From positions 6,237 to 70,236 of the forward strand of contig CAZOWM010000013.1 in assembly GCA_964583615.1 (NCBI GenBank): a stretch of DNA of 64,000 bases. The letters run 5' to 3'. This DNA comes from an uncultured Spirochaetota bacterium. Lineage in GTDB: Bacteria; Spirochaetota; B62-G9; DRHN01. The stretch's first letter is position 1. Each line of letters opens with the position of its first letter. Under the pieces are notes generated by a model. That model searched no databases, was not told the DNA's origin, and worked only from the letters and a program-made list of their open reading frames with translations. The translations under genes were made by a program, and so were the position numbers. Positions 1 through 10,132 of the stretch are shown one piece after another.

Positions 1-171
1 GAATGCATTCACAAACCGGAACTCTGCAGCAGGGCCCAGGAGTGTCCCACACGGGATATCTGGGCTGAAATCGGAGAAAAATTCTCCAAATCCCTCGAGG
101 AAACCACACTTGAAGATATGGTAAAGAGAAAGAAACAGAAAGGAGAGCGTTACTTTCTCTATGAAATCTAA
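1..171 (+). CDS. C-terminal fragment of an Rrf2-family (IscR/CymR-like) transcriptional regulator; 5' end lies outside the window
   Basis: Frame 1 reads ...ECIHKPELCSRAQECPTRDIWAEIGEKF... to TAA at 169-171. The C-x6-C-x5-C triad resembles the Fe-S ligating cysteines of Rrf2 regulators. Position directly upstream of mnmA fits the usual sulfur-trafficking regulator context. Confidence 0.35.
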   Translation, partial: ECIHKPELCSRAQECPTRDIWAEIGEKFSKSLEETTLEDMVKRKKQKGERYFLYEI

Positions 172-232
172 AGATTGAGGCTCATCTTTTCTCTTTTGGG
201 TTTTTTTCCGCGAAAGACAGGAAACAGTAAGA

Positions 233-1336
233 ATGCAAAAAAAAGTGATTGTGGCGATGAGCGGCGGTGTGGATTCATCGGTGGCCGCGCTCATGCTGAA
301 AAAAGAGGGATACGAGGTTGAGGGAGTAACCCTTCAGCTGATTCCTGATTCCCACATCGCGCGATTTTTCGAACATGCAGCGCCCGACACGCACGTGCAG
401 GACGCTCGGTGTGCGGCGGAACTGCTCGGCATTCCCCATCATGTGCTGAACATGAAGCTTGATTTTCACGACCTGGTGATCGCACGGTTCAAAGAAGAAT
501 ACAAAACCGGGCAAACGCCGAATCCCTGTATCCGGTGTAACAGGTTTATCAAGTTCGGCCTCCTCTTCAAAGCGTCCGGGGAAATGGGAGCGGACTACCT
601 CGCGACAGGACACTACGCAAAGATTGAATACGATCAGCACACAGACTGTTTCTTTCTCAAGAGGGGTACGGATCCCCAGAAAGATCAATCCTATTTCCTC
701 TACATGCTCAACCAGACTCTGCTTCGATCACTGCTTTTTCCTCTTGGGAACAAAACCAAGCAGGAGGTAAGATGCATTGCACAGCAGGAGGGCCTCAATT
801 TATTGAATAAATCAGATTCACAGGAAATCTGCTTTATTCCGGGAAACGATTACCGCGTCCTGTTCAATCAAACCACATCATCCGTTGTCCCGGGGCCGAT
901 TGTTGACTACAGCGGGAAGAGACTGGGGAAGCACACCGGAATCATCAATTACACGATCGGACAGAGACGCGGGCTCGGTATCGCCGCGGAACACCCCCTC
1001 TATGTGACAAAGATGCTCGTGAAGAAAAACACGATCGTCGTCGGGCCCAGAAAAGAGGGGTACTCCAAAGAGCTTGTAGCAGAGGATATACTCTGGACCT
1101 CAGAACCGGTTGAAAAAGAGGAAGCAGTGTACGCAAAGATCCGTTCTCTTCATAAAGAGGCAAAGGCATGTGTGTTTCCCCTTTCTGCAGAAAGGATAAG
1201 GGTTGTATTCGAAAAACCGCAGTGGGCAATCGCGCCCGGCCAGGCAGTCGTTTTTTACAAAAATGACAGAGTGCTGGGGGGAGGCATCATTGTCAATGGA
1301 GAAAAAGAGACAGCAGGCGAGATTTTTTTTCAGTGA
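233..1336 (+). CDS. mnmA: tRNA-specific 2-thiouridylase MnmA
   Basis: PP-loop SGGVDSS at the N-terminus. 367 aa with full-length MnmA-like sequence, including the conserved Cys and C-terminal barrel region. Confidence 0.9.
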   Translation: MQKKVIVAMSGGVDSSVAALMLKKEGYEVEGVTLQLIPDSHIARFFEHAAPDTHVQDARCAAELLGIPHHVLNMKLDFHDLVIARFKEEYKTGQTPNPCIRCNRFIKFGLLFKASGEMGADYLATGHYAKIEYDQHTDCFFLKRGTDPQKDQSYFLYMLNQTLLRSLLFPLGNKTKQEVRCIAQQEGLNLLNKSDSQEICFIPGNDYRVLFNQTTSSVVPGPIVDYSGKRLGKHTGIINYTIGQRRGLGIAAEHPLYVTKMLVKKNTIVVGPRKEGYSKELVAEDILWTSEPVEKEEAVYAKIRSLHKEAKACVFPLSAERIRVVFEKPQWAIAPGQAVVFYKNDRVLGGGIIVNGEKETAGEIFFQ

Positions 1337-1415
1337 ATGTGAGCAGCACACGCATATCCGTGGGAAAAAAGGAACAATACAAAAGGGTGACCCGATAACG
1401 CTTCTGTGAGCTCCT

Positions 1416-2198
1416 ATGAAAGAGTCGACTACTGTATCCATTCTCAGATACACTCAAAACCGCTTTTTTGCGCGGGAGGACCCCGTTGTCACGGAGATCA
1501 CACTCTCGATTGCCGTGAACGGTACGGTACTCGCCGAAATTATCTGTTCGCCTCTCGAGATCCGGGAGTTCGTTACGGGTTTTCTTTTTTCTGAAAGACT
1601 GATCAAAAGCAGTAAGGACCTTGACGCCCTGGATATTGATACTGAAAAATGGGCTGCCTCTGTTGCAACAAGAACAAAAAAAGATTTCGACGTCAGTCAA
1701 CGAAACGCGCGGTTTATCACTCCCGGGGACCTGTCTTCAGGCAGGCTTTCCCCTGCCGTATATGCACAGAGATACACGAAAGTGAAATCGAAAACCTTCA
1801 TATCCTCCGCCGATGTGCACACACTCGGGACTCTGATCCAGTCACGATCGAAGCTTTTCGGGAAAACAGGGGGCGCGCACAGCGCAGCTTTGTGGAACGG
1901 CAAGCGGCTGCTTTTTTTCAGCGAAGACATCGGACGGCACAACGCGCTTGATAAAATCATCGGAAGGTGCCTGCTTGAAGACATCGACACACGCGATAAA
2001 ACGATCGCAACGAGCGGGAGGCTGTCGTCCGCAGTCGTGGCAAAGGTTATTCACGCGGGATTTCCGGTTTTGGTTTCGAGATCCGCGCCCACGGAACGGG
2101 CGGTACTCCTTTCCAGAGAATTCGGAATAACGATGATTGGATTCGCCCGCGGACAAGAGTTCAACATCTACAGCAACGCGTGGAGAGTGCGCGCGTAG
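1416..2198 (+). CDS. fdhD: FdhD-family sulfurtransferase (formate dehydrogenase accessory protein)
   Basis: 260 aa. Conserved GRHNALDK motif and overall FdhD-like sequence. Confidence 0.85.
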   Translation: MKESTTVSILRYTQNRFFAREDPVVTEITLSIAVNGTVLAEIICSPLEIREFVTGFLFSERLIKSSKDLDALDIDTEKWAASVATRTKKDFDVSQRNARFITPGDLSSGRLSPAVYAQRYTKVKSKTFISSADVHTLGTLIQSRSKLFGKTGGAHSAALWNGKRLLFFSEDIGRHNALDKIIGRCLLEDIDTRDKTIATSGRLSSAVVAKVIHAGFPVLVSRSAPTERAVLLSREFGITMIGFARGQEFNIYSNAWRVRA

Positions 2199-2205
2199 TC
2201 GAGCG

Positions 2206-3054
2206 ATGAAAATACATATTCTGATACCAGCACTTTTTGTTTTTTCCCTCTCTTCCTCTCCCGTACCGCAGCTCACTGCTCAGGATTCAGCCTTTCAGGC
2301 ACTTCCCGAGGAAAAGCAGATCCGTGCGATTCTTCACGTATACGGAAACCGGATCAAGCGAACAGAGCGGCTTGAGGGAGACTTCGTCTTCTGGGTCAAC
2401 AATGCGCCGATCTATTTCAGCCACGGCCGGATGCTCTCCAGGAAAAACCACCTCTTCTACACAGAGTTCGACCTGTTTTTCTATGCCTACAGGACAGGGA
2501 CGCTTGAAACGCTCCCGCGACAGGTGCCCTTCCCGCGAAGAAGATCCTCTGACTTCCTCGACGCATTGATCGGTGAAACCGAGGAGGAGATACGGGCTTC
2601 GAGCAGGTGGATCGCCTTCCTCAACCACCGTGTGTATGTACACGAACTGTGCATCGAACCTCTGAGGCATGTCGACGCGGAAATCGAGCGCATCGCCGCC
2701 ACGTCAGAAGCTGTCCGTGACTTCATCCGAAACATCAAGATTATCTATTCCATGAAACAAAAAACAGTGGAGGGGACAAAAAACAGAAGCTACCACTCAT
2801 ACGGGCTTGCGATCGACCTCATACCTGAAAGCTACGAGCACAAGCATGCCTACTGGAGGTGGAGCTCCGTGTTTACTCCTGATTGGGGAAACATTCCGCT
2901 GGAAGAACGCTGGATGCCTCCGGCGCAGATCGTTGAAAGCTTCGAAAAAAACGGATTCGTGTGGGGCGGAAAATGGTACTACTTCGATACCGTGCACTTC
3001 GAGTACAGGCCTGAAATCATCTACTCTTCACAGACCAGCGGTTCAGAGCATTAA
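2206..3054 (+). CDS. Secreted zinc D-Ala-D-Ala carboxypeptidase-like metallopeptidase (peptidase M15 family)
   Basis: Signal peptide MKIHILIPALFVFSLS. H-x-x-G-x-A-x-D motif (HSYGLAIDL) and downstream D..H (FDTVHFE), typical of VanY/M15. Start moved to the ATG at 2206 to avoid overlap with fdhD. Confidence 0.6.
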   Translation: MKIHILIPALFVFSLSSSPVPQLTAQDSAFQALPEEKQIRAILHVYGNRIKRTERLEGDFVFWVNNAPIYFSHGRMLSRKNHLFYTEFDLFFYAYRTGTLETLPRQVPFPRRRSSDFLDALIGETEEEIRASSRWIAFLNHRVYVHELCIEPLRHVDAEIERIAATSEAVRDFIRNIKIIYSMKQKTVEGTKNRSYHSYGLAIDLIPESYEHKHAYWRWSSVFTPDWGNIPLEERWMPPAQIVESFEKNGFVWGGKWYYFDTVHFEYRPEIIYSSQTSGSEH

Positions 3055-4475
3055 AAATACCCCCTCAGCCTGCACTCAGCGACAAATGTCTCGTAGAGCT
3101 CATCATACACAGCAACTTCTTTTGTATCGGGCTTAAATACGAGGTCCATCGTTACCATGTGCTCGATTGCCTCGCTCAGGCTCGAATAGTACGCGCCGGA
3201 TGCTGCAATCATCGCGGCACCGAACGCGGTCTCCACCACCCGTGCCTTGCAGATGTTCTTCTTGAGCACATTTGCGCGTATCTGCATCCATGGCCTACTG
3301 TACGCTCCTCCACCCATCGAATAGATATTCTCGCCTACTGCATACCCGATGCCCGCAATTTTTTCATAGATCATTCTTTCCACATAGGACGCACCCTCGA
3401 GAAATGCCTTGAACATTACGAGCGGATCACATGCATCGGATTTTATAAAACCCCTGGCCTCCATATTGAGAAAGGGGAATTTTTCGCTTTTTCGCGCCAG
3501 AGGGTAAACATACGCGCCGGTCGGCGCCATTTTTGCGATCTTATTATCGTACTCCTTGAGATCGTCATGAAAGAAAAGCCGGAGCGCCTCCCCGCCCGTG
3601 TTGCTCGCTGCCCCGGGAAGCCAGTAACCCTCTGGGTGCCGGTGGGCGTAGATAAGCCCCTCGGGATCTTTTAAGAATTCGTCCGCTATTCCCCTGACCC
3701 CGAATACCGTGCCGATCGTGGTATTCCAGTCACCGGAAACCCGGGCACCGCTCGAATAAAAACCTGTGGTGGAATCTGTGGCCCCTGCAACGATTTTTAC
3801 AGCGTGTTTGATGCCAAACCTTTCTCGTATACTGCGCTTCAGCTCGCCGATTACCTCTCCTGTCTTTACGACCTCCGGAAGCTTTTGGAGGGGCACTCCA
3901 AGCACCGACTCAATGGAATGCGGCCATTCACCTTTTGCAAGATCATAGCCGGTCTTTACTGCATTGGAAAAGTCCGTCGTCTCGAAATTGCCTGAAATAA
4001 TGCCGCGGATATAATCAGCAGCGTGATTGAACTTGTAGGCCTTCTCAAAGAGCTCAGGTTTTTTGTTCTTTATCCATAGTATCTTAGAGAGAGCAAAACT
4101 CGGTTTTACGGAAATGCCCGTTCGTGCGCGGATGTAGTCCGACTCCTCACGGGCACGCGAGTCATTGTGAAGCATGGCGTTCGAAAGCGGCCTGCAGCGT
4201 TTATCGACAGGCAGCACTGTTCCTGACGTCGAATCCACTGCAATTGCGAGAAGCTCGCAGTTTCCTGCATCGCCGAGGATGGAATCCAGCGTTTTCAGAA
4301 GGGGAAGCTCCCACGCTCTCGGGTCCTGTTCCGAATAGTGCTCGTCTTCGCAAAAGACAAAGCTTTTTTCTATACCGGCTGAACGTTCGGAAAGTACTTC
4401 CCCTGCTGTATCCGTGAGAATCATTCTGATCCCCGTTGTGCCCATGTCTATGCCGAGAAATACTGCATTTTTCAT
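3051..4475 (-). CDS. FGGY-family carbohydrate kinase
   Basis: N-terminal MKNAVFLGIDMGTTGIR sugar-kinase/actin-fold ATPase motif. About 474 aa with two FGGY domains. Confidence 0.75.
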   Translation of the reverse strand: MKNAVFLGIDMGTTGIRMILTDTAGEVLSERSAGIEKSFVFCEDEHYSEQDPRAWELPLLKTLDSILGDAGNCELLAIAVDSTSGTVLPVDKRCRPLSNAMLHNDSRAREESDYIRARTGISVKPSFALSKILWIKNKKPELFEKAYKFNHAADYIRGIISGNFETTDFSNAVKTGYDLAKGEWPHSIESVLGVPLQKLPEVVKTGEVIGELKRSIRERFGIKHAVKIVAGATDSTTGFYSSGARVSGDWNTTIGTVFGVRGIADEFLKDPEGLIYAHRHPEGYWLPGAASNTGGEALRLFFHDDLKEYDNKIAKMAPTGAYVYPLARKSEKFPFLNMEARGFIKSDACDPLVMFKAFLEGASYVERMIYEKIAGIGYAVGENIYSMGGGAYSRPWMQIRANVLKKNICKARVVETAFGAAMIAASGAYYSSLSEAIEHMVTMDLVFKPDTKEVAVYDELYETFVAECRLRGYF

Positions 4476-4491
4476 ATGTTTCCCTCTCAGG

Positions 4492-5377
4492 TCAGGCATT
4501 GAGAACAGCGTACACCGTATCCGTGAGTTTTTTCCAGTTCAACTCAACCCACCCCATCACTCTGACATTGTGCTGAAGATAGATAAGGTACTCAAAAGGG
4601 TTCGGTTTCTTTATATAGTAATCGTCCAGGTCCCAGTTCAGCACATAGAGGTTGCTCGCCTTTATCATCAGTGGAAGGCAGTGTATTTCGCTTTCATTAA
4701 ACGCACCGAGTGATGGAAGCTTATTTATCTCTTCAACGAACGTCGATCTTCGTGTTTCCCGTTCTCTTCGCATACTTCATCAGGTTCCCGGATATTGCGG
4801 GTAAAAGCTCGTTTATCTTCGGCTCATACCGCCGCCCTTCGGGCTTCAGATCGCTCACCGCATCGTGATATCGTGCGAGGACCCGGGCAGAATCCTGAAG
4901 CTCTCTTATACTGCATGCGGGGTTGTCCCACGTGTATTTATCCTCTCCTTCAAGGTACTGAAAAATGGCAAAATATCTCTCCTCTCCGTTATTTTTCATC
5001 ACTTCCTTGACGTAGCTTCCACCGTCTTTTTTGAAAATGAGGCCCGCCACGAGATCGAAGTGCTTTTTCATGAGATGTTTTACTATGGAGTGTTCGAAAC
5101 GAACCTCATCCTCTCTGATCCCCTTCTTGTACCTGCGAAAAAAATATTTCGTCTTCTTCCCGTTTTTGCTTGTCTCGATTTCATAACTTACATTCACGTA
5201 CCCTCTATCGAGCTTCTTTACACCGACGAGCTCACCGATATCGTAATTCTCCGATAGAATCACCGCAAGGTGATCCGCCATATAACTTTTATCGATCGCC
5301 TCCTGAAGGTTCCGGGTGTTCGTCACGAGCTTTTCCATGATGTTTCTCAACTCTTCAAGCTGTTCCAGTTCCATCAT
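4492..5377 (-). pseudogene. Aminoglycoside-phosphotransferase/CotS-like kinase-fold protein split by a frameshift (ORFs 4733..5377 and 4492..4773 in different frames)
   Basis: N-terminal part has the APH-type nucleotide-binding loop (RGYVNVSYEIET) and conserved Lys (KYFFRRYK). C-terminal part continues in another frame (…LYVLNWDLDDYY…) with a 40-nt overlap. Combined length of about 300 aa matches the family. Confidence 0.45.
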
Positions 5378-5844
5378 TCCTCCTCAATACAAATGTTGTA
5401 CTTTCCATGGGGCAGCGCGCCTTCTCATTTCCCGCGTTTCTGTACCTCGATCTTGCGGATTATTTTTGCGGGCATTGCTTTCTGCGTGAGGTTCGACACC
5501 CCGACGATGGTCATCATCCCTGCAAGCATGGCCGCAGAAAAAGAGCGACAAATATCCCTGCGTATATGCCCCACTTGTTCGCACGTTTGAGGTACAGCGC
5601 TGCGGTGAGAGCCGGGAACAGCATCGTATACACAATAAAACCGTCACCCATTCATCCTCCCGAGACTCCACCAAAACCGGGAGATTGCGTCCAAAAGTCA
5701 CTGTACGTTAACCCACCGCCGATCTTTTTGGGAGATTGAAATTCAGCAGTATTCTAAATGAAACGGAGGGAATTTACAAGAAAAGTTCATTCCACAATGA
5801 TCGATGGGTACAGAGATCGGCACCACCCCGGGTATCGCCCTGTC

Positions 5845-6528
5845 TCAGTACACCCGGTAGCGTTTGTACCCTTCTTTTTTCTGAAATAGCTTTACGCAGA
5901 GCAGTCCGAAAAGAAACCCCCCGATATGCGCGAACCAAGCCACATTGCTCGCCATCCCCCCCACACTGGAGATGAGCTGCATGAAAAACCAGATCCCGAT
6001 AAACACACCTGCAGGAACGTTTATCACTGTGATAAAGATGAAAATGAACATGAGAGTTTTCACGCGTGCTCTCGGGAATTTCAGTATGTACCCACCGAGC
6101 ACGGCGGAAACCGCACCGCTCGCGCCGATAACCGTAATGGTCGAGGCTGCGAAGATAAGTATCTGAACAAGGGATGCGACAACCCCTCCCAAAAGATAAA
6201 AAAACACGAATCTGAAGCTCCCCATGATGTCCTCGATATTGTTTCCGAATATCCAGAGAAACCACATGTTTCCGAGAAGATGGAACAGCGAACCGTGGAG
6301 AAACAATGAAGTCACGAGCGTGACGTAGGGCCCGAGAAAGACCTTTGGATTGAGGTCGACCGCCCTGGTAATCTCGAAGGGAACGACGCCGTATTTTGCA
6401 ACGAAGAAACTCCGAGAGCTCCCCATTAGCAGCTCGGCGATGTAGATAACAACGTTGACCGCGATGAATATTACGGTCATATACGGAAAATTCTTTGTCG
6501 GATTATCGTCCTTTAAGGGAAAAAACAT
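5845..6528 (-). CDS. Rhomboid-family intramembrane serine protease
   Basis: Multi-TM protein with catalytic GASGAV(S) serine motif and downstream HIGGFLFG histidine helix. Confidence 0.85.
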   Translation of the reverse strand: MFFPLKDDNPTKNFPYMTVIFIAVNVVIYIAELLMGSSRSFFVAKYGVVPFEITRAVDLNPKVFLGPYVTLVTSLFLHGSLFHLLGNMWFLWIFGNNIEDIMGSFRFVFFYLLGGVVASLVQILIFAASTITVIGASGAVSAVLGGYILKFPRARVKTLMFIFIFITVINVPAGVFIGIWFFMQLISSVGGMASNVAWFAHIGGFLFGLLCVKLFQKKEGYKRYRVY

Positions 6529-6584
6529 ACCTCACCCTTTCAAATCGACATGGAAAAGAAGCTGTTAAAACGATAATATAATCT

Positions 6585-7874
6585 TCAGCGTTTATCAACA
6601 TAGTTTCGGGCAGCTTCCCTCCCTTTTTTCTCATTCACAAAAATGAGAATCATGGTGCCCAAAAAGAAATAGAAAATAGTAGAGAGGATCGCGAGTCGGT
6701 TTGAAGCGAACAGATAGGACATCAGCCCGAAGGAGAGTATTCCAAGGATCGCAGAAGCCTTTCCCGCAAGGCCCCAGAACCCGAAAAACTCAGCGCTCTT
6801 CGACTTTGGTGAAAAGAGCCCCACAAGCGCCCTCGCAGAACTCTGGCTCGCCCCCATTGCGAGGCCCGCCAGATTCGCGACTCCCCAAAATCCTGCCGCG
6901 CTCCGCAGGAAAAACGCCGTGACAACCGTCGTCATCCACATGATCAGGGTAATGAGAATCGTCTTTTTGGATCCGACCTTGTCTTCAACGAACCCGAAAA
7001 GGAAGGCCCCGACTGCAGCGGTGATGTTGACGACAATGATCATCAGCACGGACATCCCAGCGGAAAATCCAAGCTCCTTCTGGGCGTATACGGCGGCAAA
7101 TGCGATGACCACCGCAATCCCTGAGTAAAAGAAGAAAAAAGAAACAAGAAATTTCACAAGCTCTTTGAAATCGGCGATGCGCCTGAACGTGTCAGTGAGC
7201 CGCATAAACGCGATCGAAAAAATCGTGTCCTCCTCTGGAATCGTTTTCTTCTGCCTTGTTTCCCGGACCCAGAGAAATGTAGGCACAGCCGCGGCGGCGA
7301 AAAACCCCGCAGTGACAAGATTGCTCAGCCGTATGGGAAGAAAGCTTTCTTCCGCACCCACGGGTGTGTAGTAGGTGAGAATGACAAGACAGAGTCCAAG
7401 CGAGAGCAGGCCGCCCACATACCCGAAGCTCCACGCGTAACCTGAAATTCTTCCCATCTCTTTTTCTCCTGCGATCTCCGGAAGAAAGCTAGACACAAAG
7501 TTCTCGCTTGCAGAAAACCCGACATTCGAGAGCACGACAAAAACCATTGCACGCACGACATGGCCCGGTTTGATGAAAAAAAGCAGTCCGGTAAACACCA
7601 CACAGAGCAGGTAGGAAAAGAACAGAAACCGCTTCTTTAATCCCGTATAATCGGCGAGAGCGCCGAACAGGGGCCCGAATATAATCACGATAAGATAGGA
7701 TATCGAAAGCGTGATCGACCACATAAGCTCACCTCTGTTTGCTTCCGTTACCACGAAGCGCACGAAGTACGCATTGAACAGTGCGGTAATAATCACAGTA
7801 GTGTACGATGAGTTTGCAAAATCGAACATCATGAATCCAAATATTTCGCGTTTGTGCGCGCGGTCTCTGTTCAT
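6585..7874 (-). CDS. MFS-type transporter
   Basis: 429 aa, about 12 predicted TM helices, MFS-like internal repeat. Confidence 0.7.
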   Translation of the reverse strand: MNRDRAHKREIFGFMMFDFANSSYTTVIITALFNAYFVRFVVTEANRGELMWSITLSISYLIVIIFGPLFGALADYTGLKKRFLFFSYLLCVVFTGLLFFIKPGHVVRAMVFVVLSNVGFSASENFVSSFLPEIAGEKEMGRISGYAWSFGYVGGLLSLGLCLVILTYYTPVGAEESFLPIRLSNLVTAGFFAAAAVPTFLWVRETRQKKTIPEEDTIFSIAFMRLTDTFRRIADFKELVKFLVSFFFFYSGIAVVIAFAAVYAQKELGFSAGMSVLMIIVVNITAAVGAFLFGFVEDKVGSKKTILITLIMWMTTVVTAFFLRSAAGFWGVANLAGLAMGASQSSARALVGLFSPKSKSAEFFGFWGLAGKASAILGILSFGLMSYLFASNRLAILSTIFYFFLGTMILIFVNEKKGREAARNYVDKR

Positions 7875-8217
7875 GTGATCTCCTCTTCAGAAGGGGTCTT
7901 TCTCTGCTGCATATCGGGTGTGGTCCTGAACGGCTCCGTTCAATCTCTCGCTGCACGGGGAAAACGCTTGCGAGTGATTCCCATTATTTATAAACTATGC
8001 GGGTATTTTTGCAAAGGATAAAATTCCTCAAAAAAAACGCATATGAAAGAAACCGAATATATTCCAGCCCGTTGAATACTGTTCAAATAATTGTATCATT
8101 TATTACTCATTCTATACTATTGTTCGTAAGACATGCCGCCGAACGATCAAACTCAACGGCACCAGTAGAAATTATCAGAATAGTCAATCTGAGTGGATAC
8201 GGTTTTGAATGCTAGAT

Positions 8218-8850
8218 TTATCTTTTTAATCGTTTAATTTCCTGCAGTATCTCACTAATTACTTCTTTGTTTATTATTACTTTCTTGTCTCCAGATTTTG
8301 ATGAAAAAATATAAAACACTTTGCCCCCGTATTCTTTTGTAAATTTTTCATGGGTTACTTTTTGAAGCCCTTTTTCTTTAAATATTTGAGAAAGTTGAAT
8401 ACCCTGATTTACAGGCTTTATCTGTATCCCAATAAATTTATCTTTGATTCTCATAAAGAAGTCAACATTGTAAAGTCTGTCCCACCTGTCAGGCGCAGGT
8501 TCTATTTTCAACCCGAGTTCATTCTCAAGCTGCCCATATATTGTTTTAATTTCAGTCATATAGCCATCAAACGTTCGGTCAATAACGAGTTGAATCATAT
8601 AATCTATGCAATCCTGTTCTGTTATTTCTTCTACTTCCGCCTGAATTACTTCGGTTATTTTTATGTAGAGTTTTTTACCGAGGCTTTCGATATGTTCTTT
8701 TGATCGGACGTTTTTAAAATAATATTCACGCCATTCTCCAATCGTTTTAGGTGCGCATTGTCAAATATTCTCAGAAGTTGAACCCACATTCCGTTTAAAA
8801 TTCAGTTGAAAGCGGTTCATTACACTATTTAATATCCATTCTTTAGCCAT
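8218..8850 (-). pseudogene. Candidate restriction-endonuclease partner of the adjacent methyltransferase, interrupted by an in-frame TGA (plus-strand 8761-8763)
   Basis: ATG at 8850 lies 10 nt after the methyltransferase stop. The frame reads MAKEWILNSVMNRFQLNFKRNVGSTSENI-TGA-QCAPKTIGEWREYYF…DCIDYMIQLVIDRTF…TEIK… straight into the 126-aa ORF 8218..8598 with no other in-frame start. Possible PD-(D/E)XK-like D…VID…EIK arrangement. Same low-GC island as the methyltransferase. Confidence 0.4.
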
Positions 8851-8860
8851 AATATCTTTC

Positions 8861-10132
8861 TCAAATGCATAAAAATTTGTTTTTGTATTTGAAATCAACC
8901 TTAGTATCAACTTCTGCCAGTCCTTTTTTAATTAAATGAGCATTGATGAATGTTTTATTTTTTAAATATAAATAACAAAGTAGGTTGTTATGTTCATCGA
9001 ATTTTTTATTGTCATATTTCAAAAAAACTTTATTTCCTTTTACCCGTTCTCTTAAAAAGGCGACCGCCTCTTTTTTTATAATTTTCTTTTCTTTTACGCC
9101 AAGGAGACGGACAATTAAATCATTGTTTAGTTTTAATAATTCCGGGCTTATAATTTCTTTTACAGAATAGTATTGCTCACGTTCTGCGCGATTCTTGTCG
9201 ATCCTTGAACCAAACTGTAGCTTCTTCGGGTCTATCCTCTTATCAAGTTTATGCGGGTCCTTAAAAATATAGGGTAATTTATCAATATCTTTATTTAAAT
9301 CTGTATTTACACTATCTTTTAAAAATACATATTCTGTACCTTCTATGTCTGGTTGATTTACATTTAATTTTTCCTTTATTTTCGAAATAAATTCACCATT
9401 AATTTCATAACCAACCGAGTTTCGCCCTAAATTACGTGCTGCAAGAGAAGTTGTTCCGCTACCAAGAAATGGGTCTAATACAGTGTCCTCGACGAAAGCG
9501 AACATTTTGATGAGTCTTGCAGGCAATTCTTCAGGAAACATAGCAAGGTGGCCGTTTTGCTTTACACCTGCAAAGTTCCAGTGGCCGGAAAAATAAGTAT
9601 TCCACTCTTCTTTAGTCATTGAAGATAAATTCTTCTGCTCTCTCGTCGGTTGGGGCGGGTTGCCTTGTTTTTTAAATAGCAGGATAAACTCGTAGTCAAT
9701 CTTTAAAATTCCATTCCGAGGGTAGGGAAAACTTCCCATTATTGTAGCTCCACCTGTTGTGTTGGTCGTTGTTACTTTCTGCCAAATAATAGCTCCCATG
9801 TAGTCGAATCCCACGGTTTCACAGAATTTGATAATTTCAGTCCTGATAGGAATAACTTTGTAACGCCCGTAATAAACCGATCGGGCAAACTGGTCACCAA
9901 TATTAATACAAAGACGACAACCCGGGTATAACACCCTGTCACACTCTTTCCACACAAGATTTACATTATTTATATAGCTTTCGTAACTTTCATGAAAGCC
10001 AATCTGTGTATCAGTCCCATAATCTTTTAACTGCCAGTATGGTGGAGAAGTAATGATTAGGTGAACAGATTTATCAGATAAAAGATTCATCTGTCGGCTA
10101 TCACCATTTATTATTCTATGAATAGTTTTCAA
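8861..10132 (-). CDS. Type II DNA methyltransferase (beta-class N4-C/N6-A, SPPY) with C-terminal catalytically degenerate SNase-like domain
   Basis: Motif IV TSPPYW near the N-terminus precedes motif I DPFLGSGTT (beta-class order). C-terminal about 100 aa (8864..9172) aligns to staphylococcal nuclease (EAVAFLRERVKGNKVFLKYD vs EASAFTKKMVENAKKIEVEFD; NNLLCYLYLKNKTFINAHLIKKGLAEV vs [26 protein letters not shown]) but lacks the DTPE and Arg catalytic residues. Strongly AT-rich relative to flanks. Confidence 0.85.
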   Translation of the reverse strand: MKTIHRIINGDSRQMNLLSDKSVHLIITSPPYWQLKDYGTDTQIGFHESYESYINNVNLVWKECDRVLYPGCRLCINIGDQFARSVYYGRYKVIPIRTEIIKFCETVGFDYMGAIIWQKVTTTNTTGGATIMGSFPYPRNGILKIDYEFILLFKKQGNPPQPTREQKNLSSMTKEEWNTYFSGHWNFAGVKQNGHLAMFPEELPARLIKMFAFVEDTVLDPFLGSGTTSLAARNLGRNSVGYEINGEFISKIKEKLNVNQPDIEGTEYVFLKDSVNTDLNKDIDKLPYIFKDPHKLDKRIDPKKLQFGSRIDKNRAEREQYYSVKEIISPELLKLNNDLIVRLLGVKEKKIIKKEAVAFLRERVKGNKVFLKYDNKKFDEHNNLLCYLYLKNKTFINAHLIKKGLAEVDTKVDFKYKNKFLCI

